Positions 20,601-29,553 of a stretch of DNA of 54,239 nucleotides are shown here, in pieces (the stretch's first letter is position 1; each line of letters begins with the position of its first letter). A program made the translations under genes and the position numbers. Source of the stretch: a virus (Duplodnaviria; Caudoviricetes). Under the pieces are notes generated by a model. It was not told the origin of the DNA and searched no databases. It saw nothing but the letters and a program-made list of their open reading frames with translations. The stretch lies in the IMG/VR virus record IMGVR_UViG_3300019937_000001, positions 1-54,239 of that record; one strand, written 5' to 3'.

Positions 20601-23069
20601 TCAGTTTCTGGAGATATTGTAACTACAAATTCATATGATCAGTTTGATTATTGCAATATACCAAAAATAAATGGAGTTAGAAATAGCGATGTTATAGACG
20701 TTAGACCTAGAGTTTCTAATTATACGGTATCTGAAAATAAAAGATCGCCATTTGAGTTTTTAGGTAGATCTATAGATGAAAATAATAATTCATCCGAGTA
20801 CATCTTAGCATCCGATGAGTCTTCATTATTAAACTATTCTTTTTACTTGCCCAGAATAGATAAAATTTACTTATCAAAAGATGGCACTTTCCAACTTGCA
20901 AGTGGAGAACCAGCGGAAAATCCACAATTGCCACAACCAATTTTAGGTTCTATCGAAATTGCCCAAATAGATCTTCCAGCATATTTGTGCGACCTCAAAG
21001 ATGCAAAAATTACTTTGAGAGATTATAAGAGATATCAGATGGCTGATATCAAAAAACTTGAAGATAGAATTAAAAATTTGGAGTATTATACTTCACTTTC
21101 AATACTGGAGTCAAATACTTCAAACTTGCAAATAATAGATTCTGATGGTTTAAATAGATTTAAATCTGGATTTTTTGTTGACGATTTTTCCACAACAAAA
21201 ACTCAAAAGAAATTATTAGGATCAAGAAATTCAATTGATATTTCAAATTCAGAATTAAGACCTGCGCACTATTCAACTCAAGTCGATCTTTTATTGGGTT
21301 CAAATTCTCTTTCTGGAATAGGAGTTTCTCCAAGTCAGACAACTGACGCAAAATTTGCGACAGATTTAGTTGGATCTAATGTAAAGAGAGTTGGTCAATT
21401 AGTTCTTTTGGATTATGAAGAAGTTTTAGAAATTGACCAAGTATATTCAAGCCAAGTTGCAAACGTTTCTGCATATTCCTCTTCAAACTTTAACGGTACA
21501 ATAGATCTTTTCCCATCATCCGATGTGTGGGTGGATCAAATTAGGGCAGAACCAAAAACAGTTAGTGTTGAAGGAGACTATGTTAAAACAATAAATGAGG
21601 TTGAAGACGAAGGTTTTGATCAGCAGGCAGGATTTACCCCAGCAGTTTGGAATTCTTGGGAAACTGTTTGGACTGGGGAATCAGTTAAAAAAGAATCTGA
21701 AGAGGTAAGAGTTGGAAATCAAGTAGTTAGAGAAGATTATGAACAAGTTACTAAGACTGGAACTTCAACAAGAACCGGAAAAACAAAAATTGTAAGAGAA
21801 ACTTTTGATAATACTTCTTTTGGTGACCAGGTTTTAGACTCAAGAGTTGTTCCGTATTTGAGATCCAGAAACATCGAATTCACTGCGAGAAGATTGAAAC
21901 CATTTACCCAAATGTATTCATTCTTTGATGGTGTTGATATTTTGGGATATACTTTCCCCAAATTGGTTAAAATTTCCATGATAAGTGGCACATTCCAAGT
22001 TGGAGAATTGGTTGTAGCATTCTCAAAAAATAGAAAAAATAAAATCGGATCAGCAGCAGCAAAAAGAATTAACACTTTAATATCTGGAAAATCTTTTAGT
22101 TGCAGAGTTGCAAAATCAAATCATAAGTTTGGCCCATACAATTCGCCAACCGAAACTTTCATTAAAAATCCCTACAACAGAAATGAAACTTTATCTGAAA
22201 ATTACTCATCTTCTTCGGAAATTTTGAATTTGGATACCTATTCATTGGCAAACAAACCTCAAGGTGAATATTATGGAAATCTTGAAGTTGGAATGGTTTT
22301 AAGAGGAAGAAGTAGTGGTGCTACTGCTAGAATAGAATCATTGGATCTAGTTACAGACCAATTAGGAGATTTACTTGGATCAATTTGGATTCCTAACCCA
22401 AATACTGACGTAAATCCAAAATTTGAAGCTGGAACTAAAGTATTCAGATTATCAAATAGTTCTACAAATTCTCTAATAGAAGGTGTTACAACCAGTTCGG
22501 CAGAAGAAAATTATTATTCTGAAGGAAAAGTAAATACTGTTCAAGAAAATATATTGATCACTAGAAATGCATCTGTTGTTACAGAAGATGTAACAGAAAC
22601 TAAGGATGCGCAAGAAGTAGGTCCTAATGAACTTGTTAACAGCACTGTAATTAGAACTATTCCATCACCCACACCATACTCGCCTCCTGCTCCTTCGTCA
22701 CCATCAAGACCAAATACACCAAAACCATCAGAGCCGAAACCGGCGCCACCAAAAGAAAAGATTGTCATTAACAGGGCTGGACCAAAAATTGGTGCTCCTG
22801 CTGCGGAAAGACTAAACAATTATCTTTCAGACTCTGGTATTAATGCACAAGTGAAGCAAGGAGATTCAAATTCCAGAGGTCAAAAACTTTTTGATAGAGC
22901 ACAATCAGTCAATCCTCAACCAAATATAAAATACGGAAATACTGGATCATCAAATAACAATAACAGAAACAATAATGCAGGAAATAAAAACAATAATAAT
23001 AGAAATAATGAAAGAAGGAGAGCTGATGAAAAAATTGCAAGAGATTTTGGTAGAACTATTGGACTTTGA
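17670..23069 (+). CDS. VrlC-like / DUF4815 virion structural protein, N-terminal part (1799 aa)
   Basis: MPQETNLNVYPYFDDY, VLFKPGYPVQARELTTLQSILQ, APGADR, ARRTFDESGNY, YLPRIDK, RIKNLEYYTSLS and RFKSGFFVDDF; follows g8 as in cyanophage-type genomes. Confidence 0.82.
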   Translation: MPQETNLNVYPYFDDYDPSDKDFHRVLFKPGYPVQARELTTLQSILQSQIERFGTHIFTDGSKVLGGELSYNNRLEYVIVENDYFGVDVQIYLNFLNGAVIVGRTSGVRAEIIFSLSKQNSFIGNATIYVKYLSPGTDANKSERFIDGEILEVESDQPNLDDEEEGAIIVDGIQRFLSAGEGFCLTRNENSTGRASSAKIESGVFFIRGYFINVGESTILLDPYSSISNYKVGLRIQERIINSDEDSSLNDNANGFSNYTAPGADRFQIFAYLDKKELNDVETNDFVTLSEIRDGEEISSRNLPRYNELANEFARRTFDESGNYYVKSPNLSIRETLNDLKGNNGIFTSDKKTYNGNTPSESLGTYVISPTKAYVMGYEIKTIGSTYIDFKKPRTAKNLQNQSVNYFTGPTYTLNNVYGSPKIGFSDYFVSLHLDRVGSDKNLPGGKEIGIARVYDFALESGSYDTTNPESNQWDLSLYDIQTYTEITLNEPITLTVPTQIKGNSSGAIGYIRNDVNNSGIITAYSISGKFSIGESFTIDGIRNSRISTAVNSYGSSDVKSLYGIVGSAYTFTADVKQSISSDFGFVSISEGTSGVSTVTSADVVFTNSVKPNSVVAYTNPGNSLPTFSKVLTVTASSLTIQAVTSVAGVCDGNLPTTSITPSDFRVLGSKFQSSEDNTLYTNLPKPNVKSVDFTGSDLTIRKQFTVSVSGGSFSVSADPNETFLPFDEERYCLVNENGSTEELTQDKITFSSGSSQLTISGLSNNGNAKLIATLRKVNVTSKIKSKNNINSIIISKSKYESSGIGSTTLNDGLEYGNYPYGTRVQDEEISLNESDVVRILGIYESSDVDDPEIPKIVFSSLNGPSGNTQDLILGEEFIGAESNATGVFVERNSNLEIFYTKLSSNSIIPGEILKFKTSGVNAAVSSIDSENNDVTNNYTFNNQQKNTIYDYSKIVRKVSKKEPKRKLKVIFESSSVSVSGDIVTTNSYDQFDYCNIPKINGVRNSDVIDVRPRVSNYTVSENKRSPFEFLGRSIDENNNSSEYILASDESSLLNYSFYLPRIDKIYLSKDGTFQLASGEPAENPQLPQPILGSIEIAQIDLPAYLCDLKDAKITLRDYKRYQMADIKKLEDRIKNLEYYTSLSILESNTSNLQIIDSDGLNRFKSGFFVDDFSTTKTQKKLLGSRNSIDISNSELRPAHYSTQVDLLLGSNSLSGIGVSPSQTTDAKFATDLVGSNVKRVGQLVLLDYEEVLEIDQVYSSQVANVSAYSSSNFNGTIDLFPSSDVWVDQIRAEPKTVSVEGDYVKTINEVEDEGFDQQAGFTPAVWNSWETVWTGESVKKESEEVRVGNQVVREDYEQVTKTGTSTRTGKTKIVRETFDNTSFGDQVLDSRVVPYLRSRNIEFTARRLKPFTQMYSFFDGVDILGYTFPKLVKISMISGTFQVGELVVAFSKNRKNKIGSAAAKRINTLISGKSFSCRVAKSNHKFGPYNSPTETFIKNPYNRNETLSENYSSSSEILNLDTYSLANKPQGEYYGNLEVGMVLRGRSSGATARIESLDLVTDQLGDLLGSIWIPNPNTDVNPKFEAGTKVFRLSNSSTNSLIEGVTTSSAEENYYSEGKVNTVQENILITRNASVVTEDVTETKDAQEVGPNELVNSTVIRTIPSPTPYSPPAPSSPSRPNTPKPSEPKPAPPKEKIVINRAGPKIGAPAAERLNNYLSDSGINAQVKQGDSNSRGQKLFDRAQSVNPQPNIKYGNTGSSNNNNRNNNAGNKNNNNRNNERRRADEKIARDFGRTIGL
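22953..23009 (+). repeat. AAT/AAC-rich low-complexity tract encoding poly-Asn
   Basis: aataacaataacagaaacaataat...aataaaaacaataataatagaaataat, encoding NNNNRNNNAGNKNNNNRNN. Confidence 0.7.
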
Positions 23070-23089
23070 AAATAATTAATGTCATTAAC

Positions 23090-23096
23090 ATAAATA
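23090..23096 (+). promoter_or_regulatory. Late promoter (ATAAATA)
   Basis: Sits in the 45 nt gap between the two VrlC-like ORFs. Confidence 0.65.
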
Positions 23097-23114
23097 CTTA
23101 ATAAAGTATAAGAA

Positions 23115-25574
23115 ATGAAATTATTAAATCCCTTAGCACAATCATTCTATGTTGAACATAGCAATGGAATGTTTGTGACTTCTATTGACTTATATTTTTA
23201 TAGAAAAGACAATAATCTCCCAGTAACTGTTCAATTGAGACCCATGGAATTGGGTCAACCTTCTAGAACAGTATATCCTTTTGGGGAAGTTGTTTTATCT
23301 CCTTCTGACATTGAAACCACAGAATTTGGAATTATTCCAACAAGGGTAACATTTCCATCGCCAGTATATCTAACAGGCAATCAATTTCATTCAATAGTCA
23401 TTTCTTCAAATTCTGATAGTTATTTACTTTGGATTGCAGAAATGGGTCAAGTTGATAGTGGTTCTGATAATCAAGTTATTATTGATAAACAACCTCTCAA
23501 TGGAGGACTCTTCAAATCTCAAAATTCTTCAAGTTGGATAGAAGAACCATATCAAGATTTGAAGTTTAAACTATATAGAGCAAACTTTACTCAACCAACA
23601 GGTGATATCAATTTTTATAGTCCAGAGTTAAGTGTAGGGAACAGTCAAATTGCAAACTTGACTTCAAACTCATTTGAAATGGATTCTAGACTCATAAGAA
23701 TAAAATTAGATCAATCATTGACAGGTTCAAATTTAACATTGGGAAATACCGTAGAACAAGATTCATCCGATGGTTCTGGAGACTATGTGGGATCTGCGGG
23801 ATCAGCAACCGGTTCTTTAAATATAATAAATGGTGGAATAGGATATGTTGGTCCAGCAACTTACTTTAATGCAAGTTTAGTTTCTTTAACAGGAACTGGT
23901 GCAGATGCTACAGCAGACATAGAAATTGATAGTAGTGGAGTAGCTATAGCAGCATCAATAACTTCTGGTGGCAGTGGTTACGTTGCCGGTGATGTTCTTA
24001 CAGTAGAAAATCTTGGTGGTAGTAAGTTAGGAAGAAATCTGAGATTATCTTTGGTCGGTATTGCAGGAACTAATGAACTTTTACTGGATAATGTTCAAGG
24101 AGAATTTAAAGAAGGTGTTGGTTACAATTTAAATTACATAAACAATTCTGGAACCTCAACACCTTTGGGAAGTAATGTTATAATACCAATAGGTGGAAAA
24201 ACAATTATTAATGATGGACTTCATATAAAGGTAAATCATAAAAATCACGGAAACCATTCACCAACAGATAGAGTTTCTATTTCAAATGTAGTAAGTGATA
24301 TAAAACCAATAACATTGACTGCTGATTATGATAAAAATTCTACCGGTGAGTTGTTTGTAAACTCAACCACAAATTATGGAACCTTTGAAAATTTACCAGT
24401 TTCTTTTTCAAATCCAGGATATGTTGCAATAGATGATGAGATCATCAGTTATAATGGAACAACTGCAACTTCTCTTACAGGAATAACAAGAGGAATTGAT
24501 GGAACAAAAATTGAAGATCATTTCTCCGGAGATGTTGTAGGAAAATATGAATTAAACTCTATTTCTTTGAGAAGGATAAATAAAATCCATAGATTAGAAG
24601 AAGTTACTTTACCCAACCCAATAGGTTTGGATTATTATTACATAAAACTGAGAACAGGATCTACGGATAGTGATGGATCCACTTTGATTGGCGTTAATAG
24701 AAGTGTAGATCCTAAACTTTATATTAAAGAATCTAAGTCAACTGGAGGTGAAGATATAAATGCAACTCAAAATATTCAATATAATATTATAAGACCAACT
24801 GTCCAAACACTGACTCTTAGTGGAACAACTATAACACCTTCCATTAGAACAGTTTCAGGAAGAAGTATTGACGGATCGGAAACTTCTTTTGAGGACAATG
24901 GATTTGAGTCTATAAATTTAGATTCTAACAACTATCTTTCAAGTCCAAGAGCAATATTTTCAAAAGTTAATGAGTCTATTGGATTAAATAATCTTCCAGG
25001 AAACAAATCATTAACATTAAATTTACAGTTGTATAGTGGAGATTCTTATGTTTCTCCAACAGTAGATTTGGATAGAGTTGGACTTATTTTAACCTCAAAT
25101 AGAGTTAATAAGAGAATAGAAAATTATTCCACAGACGACAGAGTTTCTAGTTTAGAAAAAGATCCAACAGCATTTACATATGCATCAAATATAATATCCT
25201 TAGAAGTTCCAGCAACTTCTATAAAACTTCTATGTACTGCTTATGTTAACACATTTAGTGATTTAAGAGCATTTTATTCAATTCAAAAAGATCCATATGA
25301 AGATCCAATATATTTTCCATTCCCCGGATTCAATAATTTGAATAATCTTGGTCAAACTATAGATGAATCTCTTTCCGATGGAAATCCAGATAGAAGAGTT
25401 CAAAAAGTAGATTTATTGACAAATGAAAGTCCTCTTGAAGCATTTAGAGAGTATGAATTTACTGAAAATAATTTAGAATCTTTTAGATATTTTAGCATTA
25501 AACTTGTTGGAACTTCTACAAACCAGGCATATCCACCAAGAATTAAAGATTTAAGAGTTATTGCTGTTGCATAA
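23115..25574 (+). CDS. VrlC-like virion structural protein, C-terminal part (819 aa)
   Basis: Begins NPLAQSF..GMFVTSIDLYF, contains GGLFKSQNSSSW..QDLKFKLYRANF and ends PPRIKDLRVIAVA, the usual C-terminal block of this family. Confidence 0.8.
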   Translation: MKLLNPLAQSFYVEHSNGMFVTSIDLYFYRKDNNLPVTVQLRPMELGQPSRTVYPFGEVVLSPSDIETTEFGIIPTRVTFPSPVYLTGNQFHSIVISSNSDSYLLWIAEMGQVDSGSDNQVIIDKQPLNGGLFKSQNSSSWIEEPYQDLKFKLYRANFTQPTGDINFYSPELSVGNSQIANLTSNSFEMDSRLIRIKLDQSLTGSNLTLGNTVEQDSSDGSGDYVGSAGSATGSLNIINGGIGYVGPATYFNASLVSLTGTGADATADIEIDSSGVAIAASITSGGSGYVAGDVLTVENLGGSKLGRNLRLSLVGIAGTNELLLDNVQGEFKEGVGYNLNYINNSGTSTPLGSNVIIPIGGKTIINDGLHIKVNHKNHGNHSPTDRVSISNVVSDIKPITLTADYDKNSTGELFVNSTTNYGTFENLPVSFSNPGYVAIDDEIISYNGTTATSLTGITRGIDGTKIEDHFSGDVVGKYELNSISLRRINKIHRLEEVTLPNPIGLDYYYIKLRTGSTDSDGSTLIGVNRSVDPKLYIKESKSTGGEDINATQNIQYNIIRPTVQTLTLSGTTITPSIRTVSGRSIDGSETSFEDNGFESINLDSNNYLSSPRAIFSKVNESIGLNNLPGNKSLTLNLQLYSGDSYVSPTVDLDRVGLILTSNRVNKRIENYSTDDRVSSLEKDPTAFTYASNIISLEVPATSIKLLCTAYVNTFSDLRAFYSIQKDPYEDPIYFPFPGFNNLNNLGQTIDESLSDGNPDRRVQKVDLLTNESPLEAFREYEFTENNLESFRYFSIKLVGTSTNQAYPPRIKDLRVIAVA

Positions 25575-25798
25575 TGAAAAAGAAAGTAAAAGAAGATTTG
25601 AATTTGGTTAGGGATGAGAGTACAAACGCTATTCTCAATACAAACCACTTAGAATACCAAAATTATTTGAATTTGAAAAGAAGTAAGCAAAACAACTCTA
25701 AAAAAATTGAAAATTTGGAAAATGAAATGGGTGAAATTAAAAATAATATTGAAGAAATAAAATCAATGCTTTCTTCTTTAATGAATACTATGAAATGA
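25574..25798 (+). CDS. Small coiled-coil hypothetical protein (74 aa)
   Basis: LVRDESTNAILNT followed by a heptad-like C-terminus; TAATG overlap with the upstream gene. Confidence 0.8.
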   Translation: MKKKVKEDLNLVRDESTNAILNTNHLEYQNYLNLKRSKQNNSKKIENLENEMGEIKNNIEEIKSMLSSLMNTMK

Positions 25799-25833
25799 TA
25801 GATATTATAGGAAAAAATAAACTGTAAAGAATA

Positions 25834-26664
25834 ATGGCACAACCATCATCAAGACAAGAACTAATAGATTATTGCAAAAGAAAACTGGGACATCCAGTAT
25901 TGGAAATTAATGTTGCTGATGAGCAGATAGAAGATCTTGTTGATGATGCAGTGCAATTTTTCCAAGAAAGACACTTTGATGGAGTAATTCAAACTTATTT
26001 AAAATATAAAGTTACTCAAGAAGATATTGATAGGGGAAGAGCGCAAACAGGTGGGGTTGGAATTGCTACAACCTCAGCAACTTCTACAACAAGTGAAACG
26101 TTTAACTTCTTCGAAAATGCAAATTTCCTCCAAATTCCAGATCATATTATAGGAATTAATAAGATTTTTCAGTTTGAAGGATCTAATGATATTTCCCGAA
26201 ATATGTTTAGTTTGAAATATCAATTATTTTTAAATGATATTTACTATTGGGGTTCAACAGAACTTTTAACTTATGCAATGACTAAAACATATCTTGAAGA
26301 TATTGACTTTTTACTTACCACACAAAAGCAAATAAGATTTAATAAAAGACAAAATAGATTATATCTTGATATTGACTGGAGCAGTCTAGTTGTTGGAGAG
26401 TACTTGGTTATTGACTGTTACAGTGCATTAAATCCAAACGATTATTCTAATGTATGGAATGATTCTTGGTTAAAGAAATATCTAACTTCTCTAATTAAGA
26501 GGCAATGGGGACAAAACTTAATCAAATTCCAAGGAGTTAAACTTCCAGGTGGAATTGAGTTTAATGGCAGACAATTATATGATGATGCCCAAAGAGAAAT
26601 AGATATGATAATGGAGCAGATGTCATCTTATTATGAAATTCCACCATTAGACTTCATAGGATAA
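25834..26664 (+). CDS. g13: Neck protein gp13
   Basis: RQELIDYCKRKLGHPVLEINVADEQIEDLVDDA, WLKKYLTSLIKRQWGQNLIKF and LPGGIEFNG. Confidence 0.95.
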   Translation: MAQPSSRQELIDYCKRKLGHPVLEINVADEQIEDLVDDAVQFFQERHFDGVIQTYLKYKVTQEDIDRGRAQTGGVGIATTSATSTTSETFNFFENANFLQIPDHIIGINKIFQFEGSNDISRNMFSLKYQLFLNDIYYWGSTELLTYAMTKTYLEDIDFLLTTQKQIRFNKRQNRLYLDIDWSSLVVGEYLVIDCYSALNPNDYSNVWNDSWLKKYLTSLIKRQWGQNLIKFQGVKLPGGIEFNGRQLYDDAQREIDMIMEQMSSYYEIPPLDFIG

Positions 26665-26666
26665 TT

Positions 26667-28043
26667 ATGCTTAACCCATTTTTTCTTCAGGGATCAAAAG
26701 GAGAACAAAATTTAGTTCAGGATTTGATAAATGAACAGATAAGAATGTATGGTGTTGAGATTTACTATATTCCTAGAAGATATATCACTAAAAATACAGT
26801 AATCGCTGAAGTAATACAATCAAAATTTGATAAGGCGTATCCAATTGAAGCATATGTTTCTTCTTATGATGGTTATGGGGGACAAGGAACTCTTTTGTCA
26901 AAATTTGGAATCCAAGATATTGATGATTTGACTCTTGTAATATCCAAAGAAAGATTTGAAGAATACATTTCACCTTTAATAAAACCTATTAGTAATATTG
27001 AATTATCGAGTAGACCAAAAGAAGGGGATTTAGTTTATTTTCCTTTGGGTGATAGAATATTTGAAATAAAATATGTTGAGCATGAATCTCCATTCTATCA
27101 ATTGCAAAAAAACTATGTTTATGAATTGAGATGTGAACTCTTCAGATATGGAGATGAAGTTGTAGACACGGATATTGAACAGATAGATGATAATTTTGTA
27201 GATCAAGCATACACTCAAACATTCAGATTAGTTGGTTCAGGAAGAACTGCAACTGCGGTGGCAAATATTTTTGATGGGGCAGTTTCCTCTATCACAGTAA
27301 CAAATAGAGGTAGAGATTACACATCTGCACCAAGAGTTGCAATATCTTCTTCTCCATCTCCAGGAGGAACCGCAGTTGGGGTTGCAACTTTAATTACAGG
27401 TATGTTTGATTATTGCGCAGATTCCAAAGAAAATTATAAGGTTCAAGGAGTAGAAATTGTAAATTCTGGTTATGGATATACTTCCGTTCCAATGGTTGCA
27501 TTTATTGGTGGTGGAGGAGTTGGTGCAGAAGCAAAAGCAACTATTTCAGATGGTGCGGTTGGTGTAATTACAGTAACTGATGGAGGATCGGGATATGATT
27601 CAGCACCAATAGTATCTTTTGTTGGAATAGCATCTACATCTGCTTCTGCTGTTGCAATACTTACTAATGGATCTATTACTGCAATAAGGATTTCAAACAC
27701 TGGTTCTGGATACACAGAAGCACCTACTGTAAGTATTTCTGATCCATACTTACTTGGATCTGGATCATTTACCTTTAATGAAGTAGTTACAGGATCTGCA
27801 AGTAGCGCAACTGCTCTTGTAGAGTCTTGGAATTCAGTTACAAATGATTTGGAATTGAAGAACTTTACAGGGGAATTTGTTGTTGGTGAAATTATCACTG
27901 GAAGCGAATCGGGAGCAACTTATAAGGTTCTAACTATAAATACGGTAGATTCTGATGATGCTTATAGTCAAAATATAGATATTGAGACTGAAGCAGACCA
28001 AATATTGGACTTTACAGAAAAAAATCCATTTGGAACACCTTAA
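26667..28043 (+). CDS. g14: Neck protein gp14 with inserted repeat modules
   Basis: EQNLVQDLINEQIRMYG, SKFG, RPKEGDLVYFP, YELRCELFRY and a C-terminal LDFTEKNPFG. Confidence 0.93.
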   Translation: MLNPFFLQGSKGEQNLVQDLINEQIRMYGVEIYYIPRRYITKNTVIAEVIQSKFDKAYPIEAYVSSYDGYGGQGTLLSKFGIQDIDDLTLVISKERFEEYISPLIKPISNIELSSRPKEGDLVYFPLGDRIFEIKYVEHESPFYQLQKNYVYELRCELFRYGDEVVDTDIEQIDDNFVDQAYTQTFRLVGSGRTATAVANIFDGAVSSITVTNRGRDYTSAPRVAISSSPSPGGTAVGVATLITGMFDYCADSKENYKVQGVEIVNSGYGYTSVPMVAFIGGGGVGAEAKATISDGAVGVITVTDGGSGYDSAPIVSFVGIASTSASAVAILTNGSITAIRISNTGSGYTEAPTVSISDPYLLGSGSFTFNEVVTGSASSATALVESWNSVTNDLELKNFTGEFVVGEIITGSESGATYKVLTINTVDSDDAYSQNIDIETEADQILDFTEKNPFGTP

Positions 28044-28054
28044 ATAGTTAAATA
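28041..28054 (+). promoter_or_regulatory. Tandem late promoter cores (TAAATA x2) for g15/g16
   Basis: TAAATA at 28041-28046 (includes the g14 stop) and at 28049-28054. Confidence 0.6.
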
Positions 28055-28077
28055 ATCAATAGTATCTGGGAAAATGT

Positions 28078-29079
28078 ATGTTTGAGTATTTTTATAACGA
28101 AATAATAAGAAAGACCGTAATTGGATTTGGAACTTTATTTAATAGTATAACAATTAAGAGAAAAGATTCTTCCGATAATGTTTTTTCTATTGTTGAGGTC
28201 CCAATTGCATACGGACCAACTCAAAAGTTTTTAGCAAGACTTGAGCAATCACCAGAATTAAACAAGCCAGTCCAGATTACTCTTCCGAGACTTTCATTTG
28301 AAATGGTTGGATTAAACTATGATCCAACCAGAAAAGTTACTCCAATACAAACAATTATATCATCTACAAAAACTGATAAGACAGACCTAAGAGTCACTTA
28401 TATGCCAGTTCCATATAATGTTTCCTTTGAATTGTCTATTATGACAAAGAGTAATGATGATATGCTTCAGATAGTTGAGCAAATTTTACCATACTTCCAA
28501 CCCTCATATAGTATAAGTATAGACTTAGTAGACGTGATTGGAGAAAAGAGAGACATTCCCATCACTCTTGATAACATCACCATGGATGACTCATATGAAG
28601 GCGATTTTAGCACAAGAAGAGCATTAATATACACACTAAGATTTACTGCGAAAACTTACATCTTTGGCCCAACATCTTCCGAATCTTCCAAAGATGTTGT
28701 CAAGAAAGTTGCTATTGGTTTTGTTTCTGGAGAAAATACAGGATCTCCTACAAGAGATATTACTTATAGAGTAGAACCACAAGCAACTAAGAAATATATT
28801 GATCAGGTATCAACTACACTTTCAGAAGATATTAATCTAGAGACTACAATTTTTGATGTTGCAGATTCTTCGGCAATCGCAAAAGGATCTTATATTACAA
28901 TAGACACCGAAACATTATATGTAAAATCTAAGACTGGAAACAAACTTACGGTTAGAAGGGGTGAATATGGGACACCAATATCTCTTCATGTATCTGGTTC
29001 TGGCGTAAGTGTTATAACAGAAGCGGATAATGCTTATGTTCAAATTGGTGATGATTTTGGATTTAGCGACAGCTTCTGA
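28078..29079 (+). CDS. g15: Tail sheath stabiliser / tail terminator gp15
   Basis: YFYNEIIRKTVIGFGTLFN, VPIAYGP, LPRLSFEM, PVPYN and QIVEQILPYFQP. Confidence 0.95.
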   Translation: MFEYFYNEIIRKTVIGFGTLFNSITIKRKDSSDNVFSIVEVPIAYGPTQKFLARLEQSPELNKPVQITLPRLSFEMVGLNYDPTRKVTPIQTIISSTKTDKTDLRVTYMPVPYNVSFELSIMTKSNDDMLQIVEQILPYFQPSYSISIDLVDVIGEKRDIPITLDNITMDDSYEGDFSTRRALIYTLRFTAKTYIFGPTSSESSKDVVKKVAIGFVSGENTGSPTRDITYRVEPQATKKYIDQVSTTLSEDINLETTIFDVADSSAIAKGSYITIDTETLYVKSKTGNKLTVRRGEYGTPISLHVSGSGVSVITEADNAYVQIGDDFGFSDSF

Positions 29080-29084
29080 TAATT

Positions 29085-29522
29085 ATGAGTAATAAATTTG
29101 ACAATTTAGATGAGACCTTTAATGTGGAAGAAACAATGAAACCAGTAGTGGAAGTTGAGAGTGTTGACGTAGAAAGTTCAATAGACAAATTTGAAAAGGT
29201 GTCTGAGGATATTAGAAAAGATTATGAATATAGTAGGGGAAATTTGTATTCTATTATAGAAAAGGGGCAAGAAGCACTGAATGGTGTAATAGAACTTGCC
29301 CAGGAAACTGAGATGCCAAGAGCATATGAAGTTGCTGGACAGTTAATCAAAAGCGTATCTGATGCAACTGAAAAGTTAATTGACTTGCAAAAGAAGTTGA
29401 AAGAAATTCAGTCTGATGATAAAAAGAAAGGTCCAACAAGTGTTACAAACAATGCTTTGTTTATAGGATCCACAGCAGAACTTAGTAAATTGTTAAAGCA
29501 ACAAAAAGAAGAATCTGAATAA
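29085..29522 (+). CDS. g16: Terminase small subunit gp16
   Basis: DYEYSRGNLYSIIEKGQEALNG, PRAYEVAGQLIK and NNALFIGSTAEL. Confidence 0.93.
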   Translation: MSNKFDNLDETFNVEETMKPVVEVESVDVESSIDKFEKVSEDIRKDYEYSRGNLYSIIEKGQEALNGVIELAQETEMPRAYEVAGQLIKSVSDATEKLIDLQKKLKEIQSDDKKKGPTSVTNNALFIGSTAELSKLLKQQKEESE

Positions 29523-29525
29523 ATA
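29519..29525 (+). promoter_or_regulatory. Late promoter (ATAAATA)
   Basis: Includes the g16 TAA stop; precedes ORF 29554. Confidence 0.65.
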
Positions 29526-29553
29526 ATAGAACGGAAAGGTTTACAGCGTATAA

